IMG/VR virus record: IMGVR_UViG_3300030333_007852 | Span: 5,328 to 69,327 of that record | DNA: 64,000 bases | Source: a virus | Strand: one strand, 5' to 3' | Part shown: positions 1 through 7,618 of the stretch, piece after piece | How positions within the stretch are numbered: the stretch's first letter is position 1 | Layout: every line of letters starts with the position of its first letter | Made by a program: the position numbers and the translations under genes | The notes under the pieces: generated by a model | Seen by the model: the letters and a program-made list of their open reading frames with translations, nothing else | Told to the model about the DNA's origin: nothing | Database searches by the model: none

Positions 1-28
1 GATAATGAAGAACAGGTAAGAGAAAGAT

Positions 29-187
29 TTAATCTTGATCAGCCTGAGATAGAGACAACTCCCAAGCAAGCTGCTCCTCTAACTTCTTTAGACAATCAAC
101 AAAACCAGCATCATAGTCATCCATGATTGGTAATTTTTTGTTCATCTGTTCCTGAATAAATTTAGAAAGCTCTGTATTTACGTTCAT
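29..187 (-). CDS. small hypothetical protein
   Basis: ORF; start trimmed to ATG at 187 (MNVNTELSKF...). Confidence 0.5.
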   Translation of the reverse strand: MNVNTELSKFIQEQMNKKLPIMDDYDAGFVDCLKKLEEQLAWELSLSQADQD

Positions 188-632
188 ACCTTTTCCTAGT
201 AAAACTTTTTTGTTTCTTGTGAACATCTTTTTTATTCAATATTGGTTTGTGAATATTTATGAGCTCTTGTTCTATAGCTACATAAGGGTTAATTGAAAGC
301 TCTTCGTTAATAACAATCTTTTTATCTGGTTGATATACGAATGTGCATAAATCTGGATCTCTATGATTACCATGAAAGATAGAATTCATATACTCTCTCA
401 CTCTAACGTTAGCAGCTCCAGGATGACTACAATAGCATTTCATCCTTTTATGGAAAGGAGTAGAACTCTCTCCGATATATATCAACTTATCATTAAAGTA
501 ATGAGCATAGATTAAGTGAGTTTTATCTTTAAAGTCTGGAGATATAGATACTTTAAGATGATTCCTATCGTCTTTATAAAAGTGAGCTGCCCTCTCAAAG
601 AGCAGCCCACTGATAAACCTCTTTTCAATCAT
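162..632 (-). CDS. GIY-YIG endonuclease, T4 endonuclease II (DenA)-like
   Basis: LIYAHYFNDKLIYIGES motif, downstream Arg (HKRM), C-terminal EQELINIHKPILNK. Confidence 0.7.
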   Translation of the reverse strand: MIEKRFISGLLFERAAHFYKDDRNHLKVSISPDFKDKTHLIYAHYFNDKLIYIGESSTPFHKRMKCYCSHPGAANVRVREYMNSIFHGNHRDPDLCTFVYQPDKKIVINEELSINPYVAIEQELINIHKPILNKKDVHKKQKSFTRKRYERKYRAF

Positions 633-640
633 ACGATCAA

Positions 641-1624
641 TTATAGCCTATTGCTAAGAAGTTTCAAGGCATTATGTTTTAGGCTGTTATTCTGACCGCC
701 AATCACATTATTCATGAACCTCCGTTCAAATCCTCGGCGCATCCTATCAGATACTAGCACATCCTTACCGTCCCGCTCAATCGCGTTGTTTATCCGTTTC
801 GCTCCCTGATGATGATCAATGTATTCAGTAACAGCATTGAATGCATCCCAACGAGTTTCTCCCTTATTTCCTGCACCTGTAGTGAAAAGCTCTGTTACTT
901 TCTTTCTAGATGCTTCTCCTGATAACAGAACACTCTCACCTTTATTACGTACCTTCTTATCAGGAAACAATTTATTTACTACCTTCTCAAGCTCATCTTT
1001 AGAGATTTTCTGAGAATCTAGACGATCAGCAATACCAATAAATTCAATATTCTTTTGAATACCGTCTTTGAATCCATTGAATAAAGTATTCAATCGTTGC
1101 TCGTAATTTGAACGGTGCATAATTGTCATGCCTCTAGCGGACTTTGCTACAGTATTGAACTGGTTGTTACAGAACAATCTATTAACATAAGGAAACACTG
1201 CATCTGATCGAGTGCCATCATGGTTAAGAATTGCCATAATATACCCGCACAACTGATCTTCATTATTACTATGGAGCTTATGTTCATCCGGTAGTTTTGC
1301 ACTAACCCAGATGTTATTTCCATTACCAATCACACCGCACTGAGACCATTCAGCTTTGAACTCTCTTCGGACTTCATCAAATGGCTCAAGAATCTCTCTA
1401 TTCTGAATGACCTGATAGGAATCACGAACAACATTAATAATATCGCCGCCGTCTCCTCTACGGAGCACTTTCCATTTTTCAGCCCCATCTACAGAATGAC
1501 CTAAATTCTCTTCAACTACTTCAAAATCAAAACCTCCAGCTGTCATTACGTCATCCACAGACGTGCCTTCAACTGAATTTCCAACCAATTTGTCTAAGCC
1601 GACTAAGCTGTTATCAATTAACAT
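641..1624 (-). CDS. DUF932/DUF945 phage-plasmid family protein
   Basis: YQVIQNRE, NHDGT, RLFCNNQ and GETRWDAFNAVTEYIDH motifs. Confidence 0.85.
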   Translation of the reverse strand: MLIDNSLVGLDKLVGNSVEGTSVDDVMTAGGFDFEVVEENLGHSVDGAEKWKVLRRGDGGDIINVVRDSYQVIQNREILEPFDEVRREFKAEWSQCGVIGNGNNIWVSAKLPDEHKLHSNNEDQLCGYIMAILNHDGTRSDAVFPYVNRLFCNNQFNTVAKSARGMTIMHRSNYEQRLNTLFNGFKDGIQKNIEFIGIADRLDSQKISKDELEKVVNKLFPDKKVRNKGESVLLSGEASRKKVTELFTTGAGNKGETRWDAFNAVTEYIDHHQGAKRINNAIERDGKDVLVSDRMRRGFERRFMNNVIGGQNNSLKHNALKLLSNRL

Positions 1625-1630
1625 ACAAAT

Positions 1631-1658
1631 ATTATAGGGACACTCCGTACAAAATCAA
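1631..1658 (-). promoter_or_regulatory. sigma70-type promoter TTGATT-N16-TATAAT, 6 nt before ATG
   Basis: direct sequence match upstream of the DUF932 gene. Confidence 0.75.
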
Positions 1659-1666
1659 CCCAAAAA

Positions 1667-2002
1667 TTAATGGGGGCCAGCTACCTTTTGAGTTTTCTCC
1701 ACTCTTCCAGCTTTGTTTGGTTCGAAATTTTTAAGGAATCTATTTTTAAGTAACCCATCTTCAAATATAAAATCCATTGATAATCTTGCGTTTTTACTAA
1801 CGAAATTACCGGATAAACTTCCGGTAAATTTTACCAATTTATTATTAAAGTGAAGTCTATTACCTTTTAGATGATAAAGATTTTCATCTAATTCATCTGA
1901 ATCAAATGAAAAAGGTATAAAATCTGGTAACAAATATAAATATCCCCCGTTTGTATGCCCTACTGTAATAGATCTATCTACAACAAAGAATTTAATATCC
2001 AT
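1667..2002 (-). CDS. hypothetical protein
   Basis: ORF, TAAATA at 2009-2014 upstream. Confidence 0.6.
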   Translation of the reverse strand: MDIKFFVVDRSITVGHTNGGYLYLLPDFIPFSFDSDELDENLYHLKGNRLHFNNKLVKFTGSLSGNFVSKNARLSMDFIFEDGLLKNRFLKNFEPNKAGRVEKTQKVAGPH

Positions 2003-2011
2003 CTTTATTAT

Positions 2012-2260
2012 TTAAGAGCTAATATGTTTTGAAAAGTTTTTTACAGCAGAACGAGGCCCATTTGGAATATAATACTTCTTTTGCTCCTGATAACACTCGT
2101 TAGACATAATCTGAATAGAAGGAGCAGTCTTATGAGACCAATTCATCACGCCCTTTACTCGGGATACATCCCTACCATTAAATGCACAAGTCTTACAAGT
2201 AGTCAATCCGAACTCAACTCTAGGTTGCTCGACATCATTTGAACAAGTATCACACTTCAT
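2012..2260 (-). CDS. small Zn-finger-like protein
   Basis: CDTC...CKTC motif. Confidence 0.6.
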   Translation of the reverse strand: MKCDTCSNDVEQPRVEFGLTTCKTCAFNGRDVSRVKGVMNWSHKTAPSIQIMSNECYQEQKKYYIPNGPRSAVKNFSKHISS

Positions 2261-2266
2261 GCATCA

Positions 2267-2295
2267 ATGATAGGGACGTTCCGAATAATAGTCAA
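2267..2295 (-). promoter_or_regulatory. sigma70-type promoter TTGACT-N17-TATCAT, 6 nt before ATG
   Basis: direct sequence match. Confidence 0.65.
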
Positions 2296-2307
2296 CTATT
2301 AGTTGAC
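2291..2307. repeat. perfect 8-bp inverted repeat GTCAACTA-T-TAGTTGAC
   Basis: seen directly; overlaps a -35 box and a stop codon. Confidence 0.7.
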
Positions 2308-2556
2308 GGTCAACGTACGCTGGATACCAGCATTACGGAGCACTCTCTGAACACTACGAGCACGCAACTTCTTAAAGCGAGTGGCGTATTGGTTGACCTT
2401 GACTTCACCTGTTGCTTCTACCAAATGAATGTTTCCGTCTTCACCCATTTCGAATTCAGCAAAAATACGCTGAGGGTTACCCTCAACATTCTTGGTGTAG
2501 TCGATTGGTCGTCCTGTCATGTAGGTTTCGTTGTTTGTATTTGTATATGTTGTCAT
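2299..2556 (-). CDS. hypothetical early protein
   Basis: ORF behind TTGACG-N15-TATAAT (2565-2591). Confidence 0.65.
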   Translation of the reverse strand: MTTYTNTNNETYMTGRPIDYTKNVEGNPQRIFAEFEMGEDGNIHLVEATGEVKVNQYATRFKKLRARSVQRVLRNAGIQRTLTVN

Positions 2557-2587
2557 ATACTATGATTATACATGAGGACTTTAAACG

Positions 2588-2956
2588 TCAACTTTTTTTA
2601 CCACCATAGTAATCGACTGCTAAACCCTCATCTAAAAGCAAACGATTTATGTTTTTACTTTCGCCGTGAGGGGTAATTGATACAACTTCAGCTAGACATC
2701 TACCATATTTGTCAACACCGTGAGATTTAATGTTAACTTCATAATTACTTGCTTCAAGTAATTCAATCATTCTATTTTTTGCTTCGAATCCTTTTTCCTT
2801 TTCCTCCAGGTTTCTTGTTCTTGTCTCAGGACAATCTATTCCAAATAACCTTAAGGTTACATCATGATGCATTTTAAAGCCTACATCAACTAAAGCTTTA
2901 AGCGTATCTCCATCGACCACGCGAGTGATCTTAGCTCTGTACTCATACATACGCAT
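2588..2956 (-). CDS. thermonuclease (SNase-like)
   Basis: RVVDGDT, LRLFGIDCPE and DKYGRCLA motifs. Confidence 0.92.
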   Translation of the reverse strand: MRMYEYRAKITRVVDGDTLKALVDVGFKMHHDVTLRLFGIDCPETRTRNLEEKEKGFEAKNRMIELLEASNYEVNIKSHGVDKYGRCLAEVVSITPHGESKNINRLLLDEGLAVDYYGGKKS

Positions 2957-2958
2957 AT

Positions 2959-3564
2959 TTAAACGTCAGTCTCGCGAATGCCAGGCTGTAATACTTTAGA
3001 TTTTCTTTTGTATGCTACTTTTGGAAGAGATGGTTGATTGGTGTAGTTAGGACCAGGTTGGTTTCCTAGATCGGGGGCTATGTCAGCTCCAGGTTGCTCT
3101 GGTATGTCTTTACGCATTATCTCCCCCTTTTTACGAGCTTCTTCTTCACCAGGACCAGAAAATACTGTTTCATCCTCATCGGCGCTTTTAGCCCAATTAG
3201 AAATATGTTGTTGTTTTAGTTGATAATTAATTTCATCTCTGATTTCTTTTGCTTTTGCTTTTTTATCAGGAGTTAATCTTTGATCTAGATTTAAAACCAT
3301 TTGTTTTAATCTTTCATGACTTTGTTCATCTAAACCATTAGCAAAAAAAATGTATTCTTTTGCAGCTTTTTTGACATCATCGTCTAAAAACAAAGCAGAT
3401 TGATAAGCAGCAGATGCATTGTCAAATTTTTCTTTACTAGATAAATCAGGCTTTAACTTATTACCCAAATAATTACCTGCTGGCGCTCCAACTCCTAATG
3501 CTAAAGCCCAGGGTAATATTTTATCTTTATAACCTTCAAATATTAGATGGTTATCGTTAGTCAT
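2959..3564 (-). CDS. putative head-internal protein with CTS-like N-terminus
   Basis: start trimmed to ATG 3564 (TAAATA at 3570-3575); MTNDNHLIFE-GY followed by a hydrophobic stretch. Confidence 0.5.
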   Translation of the reverse strand: MTNDNHLIFEGYKDKILPWALALGVGAPAGNYLGNKLKPDLSSKEKFDNASAAYQSALFLDDDVKKAAKEYIFFANGLDEQSHERLKQMVLNLDQRLTPDKKAKAKEIRDEINYQLKQQHISNWAKSADEDETVFSGPGEEEARKKGEIMRKDIPEQPGADIAPDLGNQPGPNYTNQPSLPKVAYKRKSKVLQPGIRETDV

Positions 3565-3568
3565 GTCA

Positions 3569-3823
3569 TTATTTATCAGAAGCGTCAATGAAGAACGAAA
3601 GAGTTTTAGATTCACGTTCTTCTTTAGCTTTATTTTCTTTTCTATGATCTTTATAGTCTAAATAAAAACCGAAAGCAACAATAAGATGCATTAATAAACT
3701 ACCAGCATACTCTAACAAATCATGATAGTTTTTAAAATGTAGATGTACATGCCCTACTACCCAAAATGGAATCGCCAAGTTCTGACTTATCCAAATAATT
3801 AAAAATCTCAAAAAATCCCACAT
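3569..3823 (-). CDS. small membrane protein
   Basis: two hydrophobic segments and a charged tail; TAAATA upstream. Confidence 0.7.
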   Translation of the reverse strand: MWDFLRFLIIWISQNLAIPFWVVGHVHLHFKNYHDLLEYAGSLLMHLIVAFGFYLDYKDHRKENKAKEERESKTLSFFIDASDK

Positions 3824-3863
3824 TTATAATATTTAATTATCAAAAAATCTAATAACTATTTTT

Positions 3864-4808
3864 ATGGATAGTATCGTAACAGCTGTTTATAAAATAGACC
3901 CATACAAAAGAGAAGGTATAGAAAATGCTTTTACTAGAAACTTCGATGCTGAAAATTATGTGACTGGAGTAAGAAGTTTATTAGGAATGGATAAAGATGT
4001 GTATGTGTTTTGTAATGAACAGCCTGTACCTTATAAAGGCGATATGTGCATGTTCGAAGAGATATGCGATCGTGCAATGAAAGACAAATACAACTATGAC
4101 AGATTGCATTTTATACCTTTAGATGTGAGTAGTTTTTTCACTCGAAATGATAGGTTATGGGAAAAATGTATAAGTTTAGCTGATCGAAACCCTAACAATT
4201 TATATTGCTGGCATCCTCCTCTATGCTTATCAAGATTAGAAATGATGGAGCGTGTAATAGAGCATTACGATGTAGATAATATATGTTGGTTTGATGCAGG
4301 GTTGTTTAACGACTCTTACTTCCCAGGAGGTACAATGCACGATTACGAATTACAGGAATGGGATACTTTATATCCCAACGAGCCGAATTGTATATTTAGA
4401 CCTGAGTTAGCAAATAAAATATTCGAAATTATAGAAGACACAGGTAACTTTACAGTAGGTAATAAATCTATCAATCAAGAGCCTTATGAGTTTATCAAAA
4501 AGCATTTAAACAAATCAATTAGTAGAGCATATAGCAATGTGGGGTGTGTGTTAGGATTTTCAAAAGAATATTTACAAGGTATAATGTATGAATATAATCA
4601 TGCTTTAGATTTATTCATAGACAAATACGATTACGCATTTACTGAAATAGAAGTGTTAACATATCTAGACTATAAAAGACATTTTACTAAGCTATTGTGG
4701 ACTAATTGTGAACCGTATGTTGATAATGAAATGACTATGTGCAATGCTTTTGCTAGTAGGATATATGATATGAGTACTTACGAAAGAGTAGATGCCTTAG
4801 GATTGTAA
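3864..4808 (+). CDS. HtrL/YibB (WlaTC)-like glycosyltransferase
   Basis: N-terminal IVTAVY, ICWFDAGL motif, late TEIEVL. Confidence 0.6.
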   Translation: MDSIVTAVYKIDPYKREGIENAFTRNFDAENYVTGVRSLLGMDKDVYVFCNEQPVPYKGDMCMFEEICDRAMKDKYNYDRLHFIPLDVSSFFTRNDRLWEKCISLADRNPNNLYCWHPPLCLSRLEMMERVIEHYDVDNICWFDAGLFNDSYFPGGTMHDYELQEWDTLYPNEPNCIFRPELANKIFEIIEDTGNFTVGNKSINQEPYEFIKKHLNKSISRAYSNVGCVLGFSKEYLQGIMYEYNHALDLFIDKYDYAFTEIEVLTYLDYKRHFTKLLWTNCEPYVDNEMTMCNAFASRIYDMSTYERVDALGL

Positions 4809-5549
4809 AGCGTTATAACATTCTATACTATGAGTTTCAGAAAATGTTAACCCCATATTAATATGTTTATTGCCTTCAAAGTGTTTACTGAAACAATGAG
4901 CCATTTCAACACACTCAGTATATAGATCATTTCTTAATCCATTATTAATCATTAAGTCAAACAGATTAATAAACTCTTCAGCAAACTTTTGTTCTCTTTC
5001 ACAAAATGTTCTTTTAAGACCCCAATACCTTTCTATAGGAAAGATAATAGTATCTCTATCTGTGTTCATAAACTGAAGATCAAATCCTAAATTTTGTATT
5101 TGTCTAACTCTTCTTATTGTATGGTCTTCAATATCGTCAGGTGAATTATATTCGTGACATAATTCATAATAAAAACCTTCCTGATCAAATACTTTATCAA
5201 ACTCTTCTTTATCATAATGATTGGGTTTCATATCGCCATCAATATAGAATAAGAAATCATTACTATCATAAGGTAATGCATTTAAGAATGCTCTTATTTT
5301 TATACAGTCATTATCTCTGTATAACCTCTCAGGTATATCATAATGTTCTAATATAGGAGAAAAATCTATAAGTTGAAGTTTAAGAGGACTATCAATAAGC
5401 TTCTCTCTAGCATAGTCTATATGATTAGTGTTAACATAAAGATTAGTATTGCTAGGTAGATTTAAATTAGCAAACTCTGGCAATAAATTAGCAAAGTAAT
5501 CAATATATGATTTACCTACACAAACTGTAACGAATGAAAAGGAAGCCAT
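4797..5549 (-). CDS. putative GT-A fold glycosyltransferase
   Basis: FVTVCVGKSY start; FLFYIDGD (DxD). Confidence 0.55.
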   Translation of the reverse strand: MASFSFVTVCVGKSYIDYFANLLPEFANLNLPSNTNLYVNTNHIDYAREKLIDSPLKLQLIDFSPILEHYDIPERLYRDNDCIKIRAFLNALPYDSNDFLFYIDGDMKPNHYDKEEFDKVFDQEGFYYELCHEYNSPDDIEDHTIRRVRQIQNLGFDLQFMNTDRDTIIFPIERYWGLKRTFCEREQKFAEEFINLFDLMINNGLRNDLYTECVEMAHCFSKHFEGNKHINMGLTFSETHSIECYNALQS

Positions 5550-6292
5550 TAGATGTGAGGAGCTTTTTCAACAAGCTTAAGAGTTTTATTTGCAATCATA
5601 TTCATTTCAAAGTTTAACTTATTATTATCGTTAAGATAGTTCATTAAACAAAACGTTAGTAAGTCATGAGCATGATTATAAAAAGACTTTTCTATAAAAC
5701 TCCAATCTGTATCATTTAATTTACGTTTAATAATGAATTTGTTATCGTTAGGAAAAATAAAGTTACCCTTGCCGTTTTTATGAAGGTCAATATTTCTTGT
5801 ACCCCATACGCTAGTGAACATATTCATATCAAAAAGATATCTTTCACCTCTTACCCACCATTCGTGATTGTTTATATTATCAGGAGAAGAATCTAACTCA
5901 TCTGCTTTATCATAGTACAACCCAGCATCTAAATTAGCATATGACTGCAATAATTGTTTATCTAATACAGGAGCTTGATCATGATCGAGCCAATAAAACA
6001 ATTCATGACTATCATCTCTATATAATAAATCACCTACTATTAATAATTTAACAAGAGTGTTTTGTTCATAGTTATTTCTATCTACTCTAGGTAACTCTTT
6101 TGGTAAGTAGTAAGGCAGTACAGTAATTTTTAGCTTACTCTCAACATCTTTATAAACATCTCTGTTATCAGTAATAACAACAAACTCGTCGTTTTCGTCA
6201 TAATTACTATCTTTTAGTGTTTCAATTATTTGTAAGCAATCAGAATTACCTTCATGGCCTACAGCAATCGTTGCAAATAATACGTTAATCAT
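5549..6292 (-). CDS. putative GT-A fold glycosyltransferase
   Basis: FATIAVG, FVVITDN, FYWLDHD (DxD); resembles its neighbour. Confidence 0.5.
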   Translation of the reverse strand: MINVLFATIAVGHEGNSDCLQIIETLKDSNYDENDEFVVITDNRDVYKDVESKLKITVLPYYLPKELPRVDRNNYEQNTLVKLLIVGDLLYRDDSHELFYWLDHDQAPVLDKQLLQSYANLDAGLYYDKADELDSSPDNINNHEWWVRGERYLFDMNMFTSVWGTRNIDLHKNGKGNFIFPNDNKFIIKRKLNDTDWSFIEKSFYNHAHDLLTFCLMNYLNDNNKLNFEMNMIANKTLKLVEKAPHI

Positions 6293-6545
6293 TTTTGTCT
6301 TCTGATATTCTTACTTGTGTTTCAATGTTATCTTTAAAAAGTTTTCTAATATACATCAACAAATCGTATCGTCTTTCGAGTTCATCTTGAACCTTTTGAT
6401 CATTTCTAGATGCATCTCTTACATAGTCATGACTCATTACTACAGGCCATAACGCTTCTGCTTCTCTATCTAAATAGTCCGAAAAGTATAATATTTGTTC
6501 GCATAGTAATCGCGTATTAAGTATCGCTAAGGTTTTTTTTTCCAA
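6285..6545 (-). CDS. hypothetical protein
   Basis: ORF overlapping both neighbours in an operon. Confidence 0.6.
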   Translation of the reverse strand: MEKKTLAILNTRLLCEQILYFSDYLDREAEALWPVVMSHDYVRDASRNDQKVQDELERRYDLLMYIRKLFKDNIETQVRISEDKND

Positions 6546-6958
6546 TCTTCCCCTGGATCGGGTCCAATTGGTCCATCATTTGGAGGTTGTTGATCGAAGT
6601 CTGGTTCGATAAACTTAGGAGGTTCTTCCGGTGGTGGAGGCGGTGGTGCTGGTTCAGGCTCAGGAGGTGGCTGATATTGTTGTTCAGGCATCGGTTCAGG
6701 CTCAGGAGGTGGCTGAGGTGCAACCGATTCAAAATTACAATTAGGTTTTTCAATATTGTTAACTAAAACATAATTAGATAGAACAGCTAACAAACTATAA
6801 ATCTGTTGATTATCTAATGATATAGTAGGTATATTAGTCATAGTTATATCAGCACCTGCATGATTATGCCATGAAGTGACGGAACAAAAGTTACCGTTCC
6901 ACTCTGCTGATACGTTGTTAAGTTGCTTTACTCCTATCTTTACATCATTCATACTCAT
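6527..6958 (-). CDS. hypothetical protein with Pro/Glu-rich C-terminus
   Basis: QPPPEPEP occurs twice. Confidence 0.65.
   Translation of the reverse strand: MSMNDVKIGVKQLNNVSAEWNGNFCSVTSWHNHAGADITMTNIPTISLDNQQIYSLLAVLSNYVLVNNIEKPNCNFESVAPQPPPEPEPMPEQQYQPPPEPEPAPPPPPPEEPPKFIEPDFDQQPPNDGPIGPDPGEDWKKKP
6651..6716. repeat. 24-nt direct repeat GGTTCAGGCTCAGGAGGTGGCTGA x2
   Basis: copies at 6651-6674 and 6693-6716. Confidence 0.85.
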
Positions 6959-7169
6959 CTATTAAAATACTAACTTGTTGTATAACTTTTGTGTTCATAT
7001 TCATAAAGAAATTGAACCATATATAATCCATCACATAATCAAACTCTTCTGAACCAGGCATGATCTTGAAATTGTAACAGAAAAGAGCAATTTGATCTTT
7101 AATTTCTGAAACATCATCTTGATCTAATATTTCATTAACAAGTGCATCAATGTTGTTATCAAGCTTCAT
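6945..7169 (-). CDS. hypothetical protein
   Basis: ORF in operon. Confidence 0.6.
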   Translation of the reverse strand: MKLDNNIDALVNEILDQDDVSEIKDQIALFCYNFKIMPGSEEFDYVMDYIWFNFFMNMNTKVIQQVSILIDEYE

Positions 7170-7425
7170 CTGAAAAAGTTTGACGAACTATGCTATCAAT
7201 AGATGTAGTTACATCACGAAAATTAATTTCTTCATCGATATTATATTCGTTTTTGGTATCTTCATTAATAATAGTCGTGTGACCTATTTCATCGCCAATG
7301 TAGTTGAAGATTTTAATATTAGGTCCATTGAACCACGCGTATATCTCTTCGAACTCCTCATTAAAATATACATAATTTGCTAAATGAAGATTACGCAACA
7401 ACTCTAATGAATAAACATTTCTCAT
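7159..7425 (-). CDS. hypothetical protein
   Basis: ORF; ATG 7425 preferred; TTGATT at 7454-7459 upstream. Confidence 0.6.
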   Translation of the reverse strand: MRNVYSLELLRNLHLANYVYFNEEFEEIYAWFNGPNIKIFNYIGDEIGHTTIINEDTKNEYNIDEEINFRDVTTSIDSIVRQTFSDEA

Positions 7426-7461
7426 ATACAATATATTATGAGAAATCTACTGAAATCAAAT

Positions 7462-7614
7462 TTAATCCTCTATAGCATGAAACTCTTCATCATCATCTTC
7501 TAAAAATGAGAACATATCTTTTTCAGTTGATTTATTCTCATGTTTTTTCCACATCTCTTCTATCTGCTTTTGCTTTTCAGCATCCGTTATCTCATAAGGA
7601 TCCATTTTTTTCAT
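7462..7614 (-). CDS. 50-aa acidic hypothetical protein (absent from ORF track)
   Basis: hand translation MKKMDPYEITDAEKQKQIEEMWKKHENKSTEKDMFSFLEDDDEEFHAIED; fills the intergenic gap. Confidence 0.55.
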   Translation of the reverse strand: MKKMDPYEITDAEKQKQIEEMWKKHENKSTEKDMFSFLEDDDEEFHAIED

Positions 7615-7618
7615 TTAA

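Noticed and set aside
162-632. Mobile homing endonuclease or intron
   Set aside because: Short single-domain GIY-YIG without DNA-binding repeats and not interrupting a gene; more like endonuclease II.
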